Of a stretch of DNA of 24,000 nt, positions 10,052 to 17,754 are shown piece by piece. Source of the DNA: Marinobacter sp. NP-4(2019). GTDB taxonomy: Bacteria > Pseudomonadota > Gammaproteobacteria > Pseudomonadales > Oleiphilaceae. The DNA lies in the NCBI RefSeq assembly GCF_003994855.1, contig NZ_CP034142.1, forward strand, positions 2,703,278 to 2,727,277, in the 5' to 3' direction. Within the stretch, counting starts at the first letter, position 1; every line of letters begins with the position of its first letter. A program made the translations under genes and the position numbers. Below the pieces are notes generated by a model, which was not told the origin of the DNA, did not search any database, and saw only the letters and a list, made by a program, of their open reading frames with translations.

Positions 10052-10975
10052 TTATTCGGTTTTTTCGATCTTATCGTCCAGCTCCGGTCGTTCTCTCAGC
10101 AATTCCGCCACAGCCGCGTTGTGGCTACCCCGGGCACGTGTGACTGCATACAGGTTATCCCTCACCTCCTGGATACTGGCGACGTGAACCACCCGGTACT
10201 GCCGACATACTTCTTCACTGATGGCGGTGGGTGCCGCGAAATAACCCAGCCCCTCCCGGCCAAAGACCTTAATCAATGCACTATCATCCACCTCCGCCAC
10301 CACTTTCACCCGAATGTTCTGGCTGGAAAACCAATTCATCAGAGCGCTGATATAGGGTGCATCGAGGGATGTCGCCAGAAACGGTTGCCGGTCAAGGCTG
10401 GCGGGGAAATCCGCCGACAGACTGGCGGCCAGATCCGGGGCCGCGAATAGCGACATGGAAGAACTCGCCAAACGATGGCTGCGAAAATGGCCCGCCTCCG
10501 CAGATGCCGGCTGCCGGTCAGTCAGTACGATGTCCAGCTCCCGCTGGCCAAGACGCTTCAACAGTTCCGTGGTATCTCCGCTTCGGCAGCTCAGACGCAC
10601 CTCTCGGGAAAGAGAAAGAGCGGGCTCGGTCAAGTGGTAGGCAATCAACTTATGGATAGATGCGGCAATGCCAACGGACAGGCTCAGGGGCCTGTTCTCC
10701 GGTGGCTGCCGAAGCACATCCGTCAGCGCCTGTGCAGTCTGGAACATATCGTCCGCGTAACTGAACACGGTTTGCCCGAATTCGGTCAGCTGCAGCGATC
10801 GATTGGCTCGACGAAAAAGGGCATTGCCCAAAGCAGATTCAAATGTAGCCAACTGACCGCTAAGGGTCTGGGGGGTCAGCTCAAGATTCTCAGCTGCACG
10901 AACAATAGAGCCATTGCGGGCAATCACCCAGAAATAGTAGAGGTGGCGAAAGTTCAGGTTATCCATCTCCAACAT
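10052..10975 (-). CDS. LysR-family transcriptional regulator, NhaR-like
   Basis: The N-terminal wHTH is NFRHLYYFWVIARNGSIVRAAENLELTPQTLSGQL, very similar to the NhaR subgroup (HLYYFW...). The start could instead be ATG 10966. Confidence 0.88.
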   Translation of the reverse strand: MLEMDNLNFRHLYYFWVIARNGSIVRAAENLELTPQTLSGQLATFESALGNALFRRANRSLQLTEFGQTVFSYADDMFQTAQALTDVLRQPPENRPLSLSVGIAASIHKLIAYHLTEPALSLSREVRLSCRSGDTTELLKRLGQRELDIVLTDRQPASAEAGHFRSHRLASSSMSLFAAPDLAASLSADFPASLDRQPFLATSLDAPYISALMNWFSSQNIRVKVVAEVDDSALIKVFGREGLGYFAAPTAISEEVCRQYRVVHVASIQEVRDNLYAVTRARGSHNAAVAELLRERPELDDKIEKTE

Positions 10976-11112
10976 TACTCACGTTATGAGAAGCAATGCC
11001 TATCCTGCCTGAAAAACCTGAACTTACGCTACTGGCCGTAACGAATCACCGTTCGCAAATCACATCATTTATGGCAAACGGTACAGCCAAGAGCGACCGT
11101 TAGCTCATGCTC

Positions 11113-11838
11113 TTACCGGGCACCCCACTCATGTTGAATCAAAGCACGCTCGGCATCAGGTCCGATCGGAACGTCCGCCATCATCCGGTCCAGCGTCTGG
11201 TCAAGTGCGCTTCCGCCACTGGCCGTCTGATAGGTATCGGGTGCGGCGGCGGGTTCGGCTTCCACCTGCGCCACACGTTCCCAGGTGCCCCCATCACTGC
11301 GACAGGCAATCTGCTCCGACGCAGAGGCCTCCATGTCCAGACGGAACTGGCGGCACCATTCGCCGGCCTGGCTCCGGAACGTCAGCCTCGGTGTCAGTGT
11401 TGTCTCACTATCAAGATGATAGACCTCGCCGCTGGGTTGATGATTCAGAATGTCCACTATCGCGGGCCACGCCGGCTCCCCGTCGGATGGCTGGGTCAGC
11501 CATTGGGTCATCACCACCCCTGCGATCACCGCAGCAGCAATCGCCTTACCGGTGTGCCCCTTGACCCTGCGCCACCACGGAAACACAACTACATGATCCT
11601 GCGCGGGCGCGGCATTTTCAGGAGACTCCGCTTCGAGCATTCGGATTATCGAAGCCGGCACTGGGCGATCGTCAATCGAACCATAATGCGCCTGCAGCTC
11701 GGCATCCACCGATGCCAGTTCCGCCAGACGGTCTGCCAGTGTCGGATTCTCCGCCAGATGGTCCCGGACCACCTCCATCTCTGCGTCGTTCAGCTCGTTG
11801 TCGAGGAAAGCCGACAGGGTTTCGTCAGTTATGTTCAT
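11113..11838 (-). CDS. anti-sigma factor (single-pass membrane)
   Basis: The N-terminus LSAFLDNELNDAEMEVVRDHLAENPTLADRL is typical of an anti-sigma N-terminal domain. It has one TM segment (AIAAAVIAGVVMTQWL). Its ATG overlaps the sigma gene stop (ATGA at 11835-11838). Confidence 0.85.
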   Translation of the reverse strand: MNITDETLSAFLDNELNDAEMEVVRDHLAENPTLADRLAELASVDAELQAHYGSIDDRPVPASIIRMLEAESPENAAPAQDHVVVFPWWRRVKGHTGKAIAAAVIAGVVMTQWLTQPSDGEPAWPAIVDILNHQPSGEVYHLDSETTLTPRLTFRSQAGEWCRQFRLDMEASASEQIACRSDGGTWERVAQVEAEPAAAPDTYQTASGGSALDQTLDRMMADVPIGPDAERALIQHEWGAR

Positions 11839-12326
11839 GAATCGGTCCTCATGGTTGCAGGCGACAATGCCTCACTCAGTGCCGCCCGGGCACGGGCCAG
11901 CCGGCTCATTACCGTGCCACTGGGTACCTCCAGGATTTCAGCCACAATCTTGTAGGGCATTCCCTGGATCGCCACCAGGGAAATGATCTGGCGCTGATCC
12001 TCCGGCAGCCGGGCCATGGCTGCATCCACCCGGTTCCATTCAATCGATTTGGTGGTCTGATGCTCGCCATTCACCACCTGACCATCACTCAGCTCCGGGT
12101 GCTCTGCCGCTTCCCGGCGAACCTTTCTGGCCCTACATTCGTCTATCCAGACATTACGGCAAACCCTGAATGCCCACTTGGTGAGATCGGCGTCGTCCGG
12201 GGTACCCCGGGTCAGCAAACGCTCAACCGTATTCTGCAGAAGGTCATCGGCATCGGCCATGGAGCCTGTCAGCGAATAGGCAAATCGTCGGAGCCTGGGT
12301 AGAAGTTCAGTGATTTCCTGTTGCAT
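11835..12326 (-). CDS. RNA polymerase ECF sigma factor
   Basis: Regions 2 and 4 are recognisable (LLPRLRRFAYSLTGS...DLLQNTVERLL; PEDQRQIISLVAIQGMPYKIVAEILEVPSGTVMSRLARAR). I prefer ATG 12326 to the track's TTG 12341. Confidence 0.9.
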   Translation of the reverse strand: MQQEITELLPRLRRFAYSLTGSMADADDLLQNTVERLLTRGTPDDADLTKWAFRVCRNVWIDECRARKVRREAAEHPELSDGQVVNGEHQTTKSIEWNRVDAAMARLPEDQRQIISLVAIQGMPYKIVAEILEVPSGTVMSRLARARAALSEALSPATMRTDS

Positions 12327-12356
12327 AGCCTTCTTTTTCAATGGGTGTTATCTGTA

Positions 12357-12382
12357 AAACGGATTGGCAACGGGTTTATTCC
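12357..12382 (-). promoter_or_regulatory. ECF-type promoter of the sigma/anti-sigma operon (autoregulatory)
   Basis: The minus strand reads GGAATAAACCCGTTGCCAATCCGTTT, i.e. GGAAT-N16-CGTTT, about 30 nt upstream of ATG 12326. Confidence 0.55.
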
Positions 12383-12391
12383 ATCAACCAG

Positions 12392-12417
12392 GGAATTTTT
12401 TCCGCACCGGGCCGTTG
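12392..12417 (+). promoter_or_regulatory. ECF-type promoter of the S8 peptidase gene
   Basis: The plus strand reads GGAATTTTTTCCGCACCGGGCCGTTG, i.e. GGAAT-N16-CGTTG. It is divergent from and adjacent to the sigma promoter. Confidence 0.5.
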
Positions 12418-12423
12418 TAACCT

Positions 12424-13788
12424 ATGAAACACACGCAAATCCGGACTGGCACGATGAAAGCTCACTTAATGACACGCTTGCTCCCTGTTATTGCTCTCTA
12501 TTCGCTTGCCGCACCAGCTCTGGCATTGGGTGGAGGCAGTCTCCCGGATACCCAGGCAACCCAGATCACCCGGCAGGTGGAACAGAAAGCGGGACGGGTG
12601 GTAGAGCGGGCCATGGACAGACGCCTTGAGAAACGCGCTGAGGCAAAAGCCAACCGCGTCAGGGAGCGGCTTGCCGAATTGCCCCGGGCACTTTCAATAA
12701 ACACGACCACAGGACAAAAAGCGTTCAATGATGTAGTGCTGGACGATGGTTTCCGGGCCGTTGAACGTCAGTGGCTGGTCACAGGCACGGCCTCGGACAT
12801 TGACAGTCTCAGCCAGCCGGGGATCACTCTTCTGGAACGCCGCGAGCTGTCCGGGCTGGGGATGACCGTAGCCCGCTTTCAGGTCAGACCTGAACTGGAT
12901 TCCCGTGCCGCCCTGGAAGACGCTTTACCGGAACTGGCCGACCGGCTGGACCGGAACCATATTTTTGAACCTCAGGCCGGGTCAGAAGCAGCCAGACCCG
13001 ATGCCGACATTCCGCAGTGGAAAAGCCTTTGTTCTACGCCCGCTCGCGTCGGAATGGTGGATACCGCCATTGCCACCGACCACCCGGTATTCAGAAACGC
13101 ACAGATCGTGCAGCAACGCTTTCTGGCTTTGGCCGATGTGAACGGTGAACTTCGGGAACCCAGGGACCATGGCACCGCCGTCGCCAGCCTGATGGTGGGT
13201 AGCCGCGAGGACCAGTGGCCTGCCCGGCTGCCGGAGGCCACTGTGTTCAACGCATCGGTATTCTATGACCGGGAACGCAGCCTGTCCGGGGCTACCCTCG
13301 GGCATCTGCTGGAAGGACTGAACTGGCTGGCCAATCAGGATCTGTCTGTCATCAACATCAGCCTGACAGGCCCGGATAACCGACTGCTCGCCGCTGCGGT
13401 GGAGGCCCTCCGGGCACAGGGCGTCTTGCTGGTGGCGGCCGTCGGTAATCAGGGGCCTGCTGCCCCGCCGTTGTATCCGGCGGCCTATCAGACGGTGGTG
13501 GGTGTGACGGCAGTGGACGCCTCAGGCGAGCTCTACCGATGGGCTAACAGGGGGGAGCAGGTGCTGTTCGCCGGCCCCGGGGTGTCCGTTGCCGTGGCGC
13601 ACCCCGATGGCGGTATGGTCGTCGACAGCGGCACCTCGCTGGCGGCACCGGTGGTCGCCGCTGCCCTCGCCTGCCGCCGAGGCGATCAGTCGGGAGAACA
13701 GGCCATCAATGCCCTGACTGAAGAAGCCAGGGATCTGGGCGAGCGAGGCCGTGACACCAGCTTCGGTCACGGCTTCCTCGACCTGTGA
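12424..13788 (+). CDS. S8 family (subtilisin-like) serine peptidase, secreted
   Basis: The Asp-His-Ser triad motifs are present: GMVDTAIATDHP, DHGTAVASLMVG and GTSLAAPVVAAAL. A signal peptide starts at the internal Met (MKAHLMTRLLPVIALYSLAAPALALG). The true start is probably 12454, because the predicted -10 lies at 12413-12417. Confidence 0.88.
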   Translation: MKHTQIRTGTMKAHLMTRLLPVIALYSLAAPALALGGGSLPDTQATQITRQVEQKAGRVVERAMDRRLEKRAEAKANRVRERLAELPRALSINTTTGQKAFNDVVLDDGFRAVERQWLVTGTASDIDSLSQPGITLLERRELSGLGMTVARFQVRPELDSRAALEDALPELADRLDRNHIFEPQAGSEAARPDADIPQWKSLCSTPARVGMVDTAIATDHPVFRNAQIVQQRFLALADVNGELREPRDHGTAVASLMVGSREDQWPARLPEATVFNASVFYDRERSLSGATLGHLLEGLNWLANQDLSVINISLTGPDNRLLAAAVEALRAQGVLLVAAVGNQGPAAPPLYPAAYQTVVGVTAVDASGELYRWANRGEQVLFAGPGVSVAVAHPDGGMVVDSGTSLAAPVVAAALACRRGDQSGEQAINALTEEARDLGERGRDTSFGHGFLDL

Positions 13789-13798
13789 CAAGGACCGG

Positions 13799-14767
13799 TC
13801 AGAAACCGGCCCTGAGCGTAACTCCCGCTACAGTCTTGTCGTAGTCAGCGGAGTCCACATTGGAGGTGTAATCACCCCATGAAATGCTGGGCTCCAGGCT
13901 GAACACCTCATTAAGACCAATCCGCCAGCTCGCCTCCAGAATACGCGCCCGGTCCGCCCGTCTGCTTGTCGAACGCTCCGTCAGGTCACCGGTCAGAGGG
14001 TCGTTCAGCAACGGATCCGAGCTGGTTACGGTGACCTCGTCGTACTTGCGGTCCTCGTAGCGCCAGCCAAGGCGCAGCCTGTTTTCCTCACCACCCAGAG
14101 TGAATTTATGTACCAGTGCCACCCGGACCCGCAGCAGGTCATTGTTATAGGCGTCCGCCTCGGCATCCTCGCGGTCACCATCGAGACCGAGCACCAGGTG
14201 ACTCCTGGCCTGATTGAAGAAGAAAAACGAGTCCAGGCTGACACCGCGAATGTCCGCATCCCGGGCATCGCTGTCGTCAAAGTCCTTGCTCTTGTCCTGC
14301 AGGCTGGCCAGCAGATACACGTCTTCCCCGATAAGGCGCCCCAGGTAGATGCTGGCCCGCCGGAAATCCAGAAACGGGTCCGACCCCAGGGTCGCGTGGG
14401 AATAGTGATAGCTGGTGCCAACGGTTACCGGGTCAAAGTCGTAACTGATATCAGCCGACAGCAAGTGAATATCCTGATCGAACTGGTCCAGGCTCTGGTA
14501 TCGCCTGCCTGCCACTGAATAACCGAGGGTCACGTTCAGCGGCTTGGCGGGTTTCAGCACTCCCTCAAGGCCGGCATCAAACACCCAGGCTTCATCGCTT
14601 TGATCGGAAGAGGTGTTGAGTTCATCCACGGTCACATTGCTGTCATATTCGAAACCGCCCTCAAGGTGACCGTTCAACCGGGCATGTTCCTCAGCCTGAG
14701 CCACCAGCGACGGCACAGCGATGCCAAATGCCAGGGGAAAAATCAAAATGCGTGGAATCGATTGCAT
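13799..14767 (-). CDS. outer-membrane beta-barrel protein (unknown family)
   Basis: It has a signal peptide (MQSIPRILIFPLAFGIAVPSLVAQA/EE), alternating amphipathic beta-strand pattern, many Y/D/G turns and a C-terminal ...TLRAGF with terminal Phe. The RBS is AAGGAG. Confidence 0.75.
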   Translation of the reverse strand: MQSIPRILIFPLAFGIAVPSLVAQAEEHARLNGHLEGGFEYDSNVTVDELNTSSDQSDEAWVFDAGLEGVLKPAKPLNVTLGYSVAGRRYQSLDQFDQDIHLLSADISYDFDPVTVGTSYHYSHATLGSDPFLDFRRASIYLGRLIGEDVYLLASLQDKSKDFDDSDARDADIRGVSLDSFFFFNQARSHLVLGLDGDREDAEADAYNNDLLRVRVALVHKFTLGGEENRLRLGWRYEDRKYDEVTVTSSDPLLNDPLTGDLTERSTSRRADRARILEASWRIGLNEVFSLEPSISWGDYTSNVDSADYDKTVAGVTLRAGF

Positions 14768-14785
14768 GTCTGCTCCTTGTTGGCA

Positions 14786-14817
14786 GCTGAAAGAAGGCCG
14801 GGCACGGTGGCCCGGCC
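14786..14817 (-). terminator. Rho-independent terminator or attenuator between the secreted-protein gene and the OMP gene
   Basis: On the minus strand the stem is GGCCGGGC-CACCGT-GCCCGGCC (14817-14796), followed by TTCTTTCAG. Confidence 0.6.
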
Positions 14818-14833
14818 GATCGGGAGTGAATCG

Positions 14834-15346
14834 TTACAGTGCGCCGCCGCTACTGGAACCTCTTACGGTTCCCTTGACGGTGTTCTGTACTTCACTCCTG
14901 ACACTTTCAGACACAGACGTGCCAATTTGCTGATGGGTTTCAGCCCGAATCTCGGCATTTCGCGCCTCGTTCATGCGCTCCTGCGCCTGCTGGCGTATTT
15001 CACCGGCCTTATCGGCGGCCGCATCCGCAGAGGCAGTGGCGGTGCTGCGAGCCTTCTGGCCGGTTTCAACGCCAGCGTCTACTGCCTGATTGGCGCTCTG
15101 GCGGGCCTGGCTACTGACTGCCTCGCTGCGCTCGGAGGCGTCATCACGAGCCACTTCGCCGTCAGCATTGCCTTCCGCATTGGCCGACGCACCACCGTTG
15201 GTGGAAGCGCCATTGCGGGTGCTGGCTTCGGCGCTCATGTTGGCCTCGGCCTCCGCGCTGGCATTAGCCGCGCCGGAGCCTTCAGCAGCCAGAGCGCTGG
15301 TGGAGAGAATGGAACAGATTGCGATAGTCAGTAGATGTTTTTTCAT
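14834..15346 (-). CDS. secreted low-complexity Ala/Ser/Glu/Asn-rich protein (170 aa), unknown function
   Basis: The start is set at ATG 15346 (MKKHLLTIAICSILSTSALAAEG...), with AGGAGG 7 nt upstream and a Sec signal peptide. The track's 15505 start is an artefactual extension. Confidence 0.75.
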   Translation of the reverse strand: MKKHLLTIAICSILSTSALAAEGSGAANASAEAEANMSAEASTRNGASTNGGASANAEGNADGEVARDDASERSEAVSSQARQSANQAVDAGVETGQKARSTATASADAAADKAGEIRQQAQERMNEARNAEIRAETHQQIGTSVSESVRSEVQNTVKGTVRGSSSGGAL

Positions 15347-15392
15347 GGTTACGTCCTCCTGATTTACCCTTATCGGGTGGCTTTCATCAGGA

Positions 15393-15418
15393 GGACGGTT
15401 GGGGAGAAGGTTTATTCC
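15393..15418 (-). promoter_or_regulatory. ECF-type promoter upstream of the secreted-protein/OMP genes
   Basis: The minus strand reads GGAATAAACCTTCTCCCCAACCGTCC, i.e. GGAAT-N16-CGTCC. Its -35 region GGAATAAACC is identical to that of the sigma promoter. Confidence 0.55.
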
Positions 15419-15440
15419 ATAAAAATAGCAGAGCCCCCTA

Positions 15441-16109
15441 CTACCCCTCTCGCTGCATCTTCTCACGCCGCGCGACTTCCGCCGGGGTCGGAGGGTCCAT
15501 GGCAAAGTCGCCTGTTTTCACGGCACCGTCGCGCACATACTGCCCGATCACAATTCCGTTAGGAGAAACGCTATGGGCGGTCAGTTTGAAAGCCGCCGCC
15601 TTCGCACCGTCGTCAAACAGCTGCTTACCGCCCCCAAGCACGATCGGGAATGTGAACATATTGATTTCGTCGACAAGGTCATTCGCAAGCAGCGTCCGGA
15701 TCAGATCGGTGCTGCCTTGTGTGATCAGCGCTGGCCCGTCTTCCTGCTTCAGCCTGGCGACATCGGCCGCCGCATCATGGAGGGCCACCGAGCCCTTCCA
15801 GGTCAGATCCAGGCCCTTTCGGGTCGCAACATACTTGGTGATCGAATTGAAGGTTCTGGCGATGGAATCATCAGGCCCCTCCTCGGCATACGGCCAGTGC
15901 GCAGCGAAGATCTCATAAGTCTTCCGTCCGAGCAGCAGGTCGAAGGGTTGACTGAACATCTTGCCAACTTCTTCGCCGAACACCTCGTCCGCCAGCGGTG
16001 CAACCCAGCCACCATAGCTGAATCCGCCGGTCGGATCTTCGTGGGGCCCGCCGGGTGCCTGCATAACGCCGTCCAGTGAAACGAAAGCGCCGACAATCAC
16101 TTTCCGCAT
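15441..16109 (-). CDS. dihydrofolate reductase family protein (RibD C-terminal domain type)
   Basis: MRKVIVGAFVSLDGVMQAPGGP...LLLGRKTYEIFAAHWP... is typical of the RibD_C/YwjB-like family. The start is set at ATG 16109, with AGGAGG upstream. Confidence 0.85.
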   Translation of the reverse strand: MRKVIVGAFVSLDGVMQAPGGPHEDPTGGFSYGGWVAPLADEVFGEEVGKMFSQPFDLLLGRKTYEIFAAHWPYAEEGPDDSIARTFNSITKYVATRKGLDLTWKGSVALHDAAADVARLKQEDGPALITQGSTDLIRTLLANDLVDEINMFTFPIVLGGGKQLFDDGAKAAAFKLTAHSVSPNGIVIGQYVRDGAVKTGDFAMDPPTPAEVARREKMQREG

Positions 16110-16171
16110 GGCTTCATCCTCCTGTTTTGTCTTCTCGTATCCGGTAGTCGAACGAGGCGCCACGTAATCGA

Positions 16172-17263
16172 CTAACGTCCCGGATAAACTTCCTTGATCT
16201 CAGGATCGGGCTCCATCCCCACGGCGTTCCAGCTCGGTAGCTCGTCCACCGCTCGTAGCGCTTGTGGCAGCGGCGAGCGAACGCTTTCCTCGACCCAGCG
16301 TTTACGCTCGATGTCGCCCTGTTTCAGTGCCATCATCATTCGGCGCCGCTCGGCGTCCGGCAGGTGGTCCGGCGGAATATGGCCAAGACACGGGTTGGCG
16401 TGATTGAGGGCGACACCATTAACCAGCCCACGTTGAACCTGCAGGGAGTAGTCCAGGGCGCGCATCGGCGGCGATGCCACCGGCGGAGCTTCCGGTTCGC
16501 AATAACCCGGTGGCTCGGTCATCTGGCCAAACGGCTCGCTGCCGGCGATATTGCGGAACCAGTATTGCCGTTCGGTGGCGCTGCAACTGTTGTCCGGCAC
16601 CATCCTCGCGGCGGTGTAAGCGCCCACGCTGGTCTGGCCCTCCCTAACCTGGGCCGTGGAATGGCAACTCATGCAGGCGGACTGGGGATTGTCCACCGGA
16701 CCGTTCAGGCGGCCATGCAAGCCAACGTGACCGTCGAACGGAGCCGGTACCGCCGGGTTGATCCAGGTCTCATCGAGATCGGGGTCGCCATCGAAGGTGA
16801 CGTCCGGGTCGTTCCCCCAAGCCAGCCCCACCGGAGTCAGGTTATACCAGCGCTGTTGCGGTGTTGCTGCAGGCAGTGATTCGTCGTACACGTAAGTGGC
16901 GAACACCCAACCGGTGTCGGTGGAACGCGGGTCTTTCACCGCGATATCCATCTGGATCAGTCGTACCTCGAAGGTGGCGTTCGACGCCGAGAACGGGTCC
17001 TGAATCTGCCAGGCAGGCGCATTGGCCAACGGATCGGGGCCAACAATGGCGGCGGGATCGTACTCGGCGAACAACACCTTGACCACCAATGTGCCGTCAA
17101 TGAACTGCGACTCGCCGGCATCGGCATTGCTCGGCTCCGGGTCGTGAAACACCTGCCCGATGGTGTAGCCGCCGTGCCAGTTGTACATTCCAATACCAAA
17201 GGCCCCCACATCAGAGGACAGCCACGACTGCTCGGATGCCCGCAGCCCGCGTTCGCGGGTCAA
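16172..17263 (-). CDS. C-terminal part of a split gene: CxxCH (heme c motif)-containing protein
   Basis: Contains ACMSCHS (CxxCH). The only start is a TTG with no SD that overlaps the upstream stop. The reading frame stays open upstream to 17356 (..REPRHGLTRERGL..), which suggests a frameshifted continuation of 17260-17754. Confidence 0.6.
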   Translation of the reverse strand: MTRERGLRASEQSWLSSDVGAFGIGMYNWHGGYTIGQVFHDPEPSNADAGESQFIDGTLVVKVLFAEYDPAAIVGPDPLANAPAWQIQDPFSASNATFEVRLIQMDIAVKDPRSTDTGWVFATYVYDESLPAATPQQRWYNLTPVGLAWGNDPDVTFDGDPDLDETWINPAVPAPFDGHVGLHGRLNGPVDNPQSACMSCHSTAQVREGQTSVGAYTAARMVPDNSCSATERQYWFRNIAGSEPFGQMTEPPGYCEPEAPPVASPPMRALDYSLQVQRGLVNGVALNHANPCLGHIPPDHLPDAERRRMMMALKQGDIERKRWVEESVRSPLPQALRAVDELPSWNAVGMEPDPEIKEVYPGR

Positions 17264-17754
17264 CCCATGGCGGGGCTCGCGGGGAAGAAGCCGGAGGTCA
17301 TCATCGGTACGTGGTACCAGCGTTTCTTGCCCAGGGTGTGGTTTTGCGGCACGAAATCATGGGGCACCAGGTCTGATAGCGCGTAGTCCTTCAAAGCCTC
17401 AAGGTATGAAGCCCGTTCGGCCGGATCGGTGAAATCAAATGCCAGCCAGGGTGCACTGTCAAATGGGGACAGTGGATCCCAACCGGTAATCTCGCCGTCG
17501 TCGTTCACTACCGGCACGCCAAGGGGATACCCCTGAGCCAGGCGAAACGCCTCCACATCACCCGGTGGCGCGGCCCGCGCTATCCAGTCGGGGAACCAGC
17601 CGGAACACTGAACGGTGTAGTCATCCCCGGCGCCGCCACCTTCCCCTGTCGTATCCTGTATGGGCGGATCAAACGTGGGGCGGCAGCCGGAGACCATGAA
17701 CGCACTGACAATCGCCAGGTACAACAGTCTACGGATCAGTTGATGGTTATCCAT
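17260..17754 (-). CDS. N-terminal part of the split gene: lipoprotein
   Basis: It has a lipobox signal (LLYLAIVSAFMVSG/C) and GGAGGG 4-5 nt upstream of the ATG. The start overlaps the 3' end of the upstream oxidase gene by 19 nt. Confidence 0.7.
   Translation of the reverse strand: MDNHQLIRRLLYLAIVSAFMVSGCRPTFDPPIQDTTGEGGGAGDDYTVQCSGWFPDWIARAAPPGDVEAFRLAQGYPLGVPVVNDDGEITGWDPLSPFDSAPWLAFDFTDPAERASYLEALKDYALSDLVPHDFVPQNHTLGKKRWYHVPMMTSGFFPASPAMG

Noticed and set aside
11020-11112. Imperfect hairpin CCGTTCGCAAA...TGGCAAACGG downstream of the anti-sigma gene as a terminator.
   Set aside because: The stem is interrupted by several mismatches and no T-tract follows on the minus strand. This is insufficient support.
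14834-15505. 223-aa version of the secreted low-complexity protein. The same issue affects the 240-aa version of the DHFR-family gene (start 16163), the 134-aa version of the small gene (start 10014) and the 618-aa version of edd (start 5923).
   Set aside because: In each case an internal ATG with a strong SD gives a canonical N-terminus (a signal peptide or the family start). The upstream extension would cover promoter, terminator or repeat sequence.
17263-17356. Programmed -1 ribosomal frameshifting as the explanation for the split lipoprotein/CxxCH gene.
   Set aside because: The 94-nt frame overlap contains no X-XXY-YYZ slippery heptamer and no obvious downstream pseudoknot or hairpin. 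A single-base change in a C4 run is the simpler explanation.
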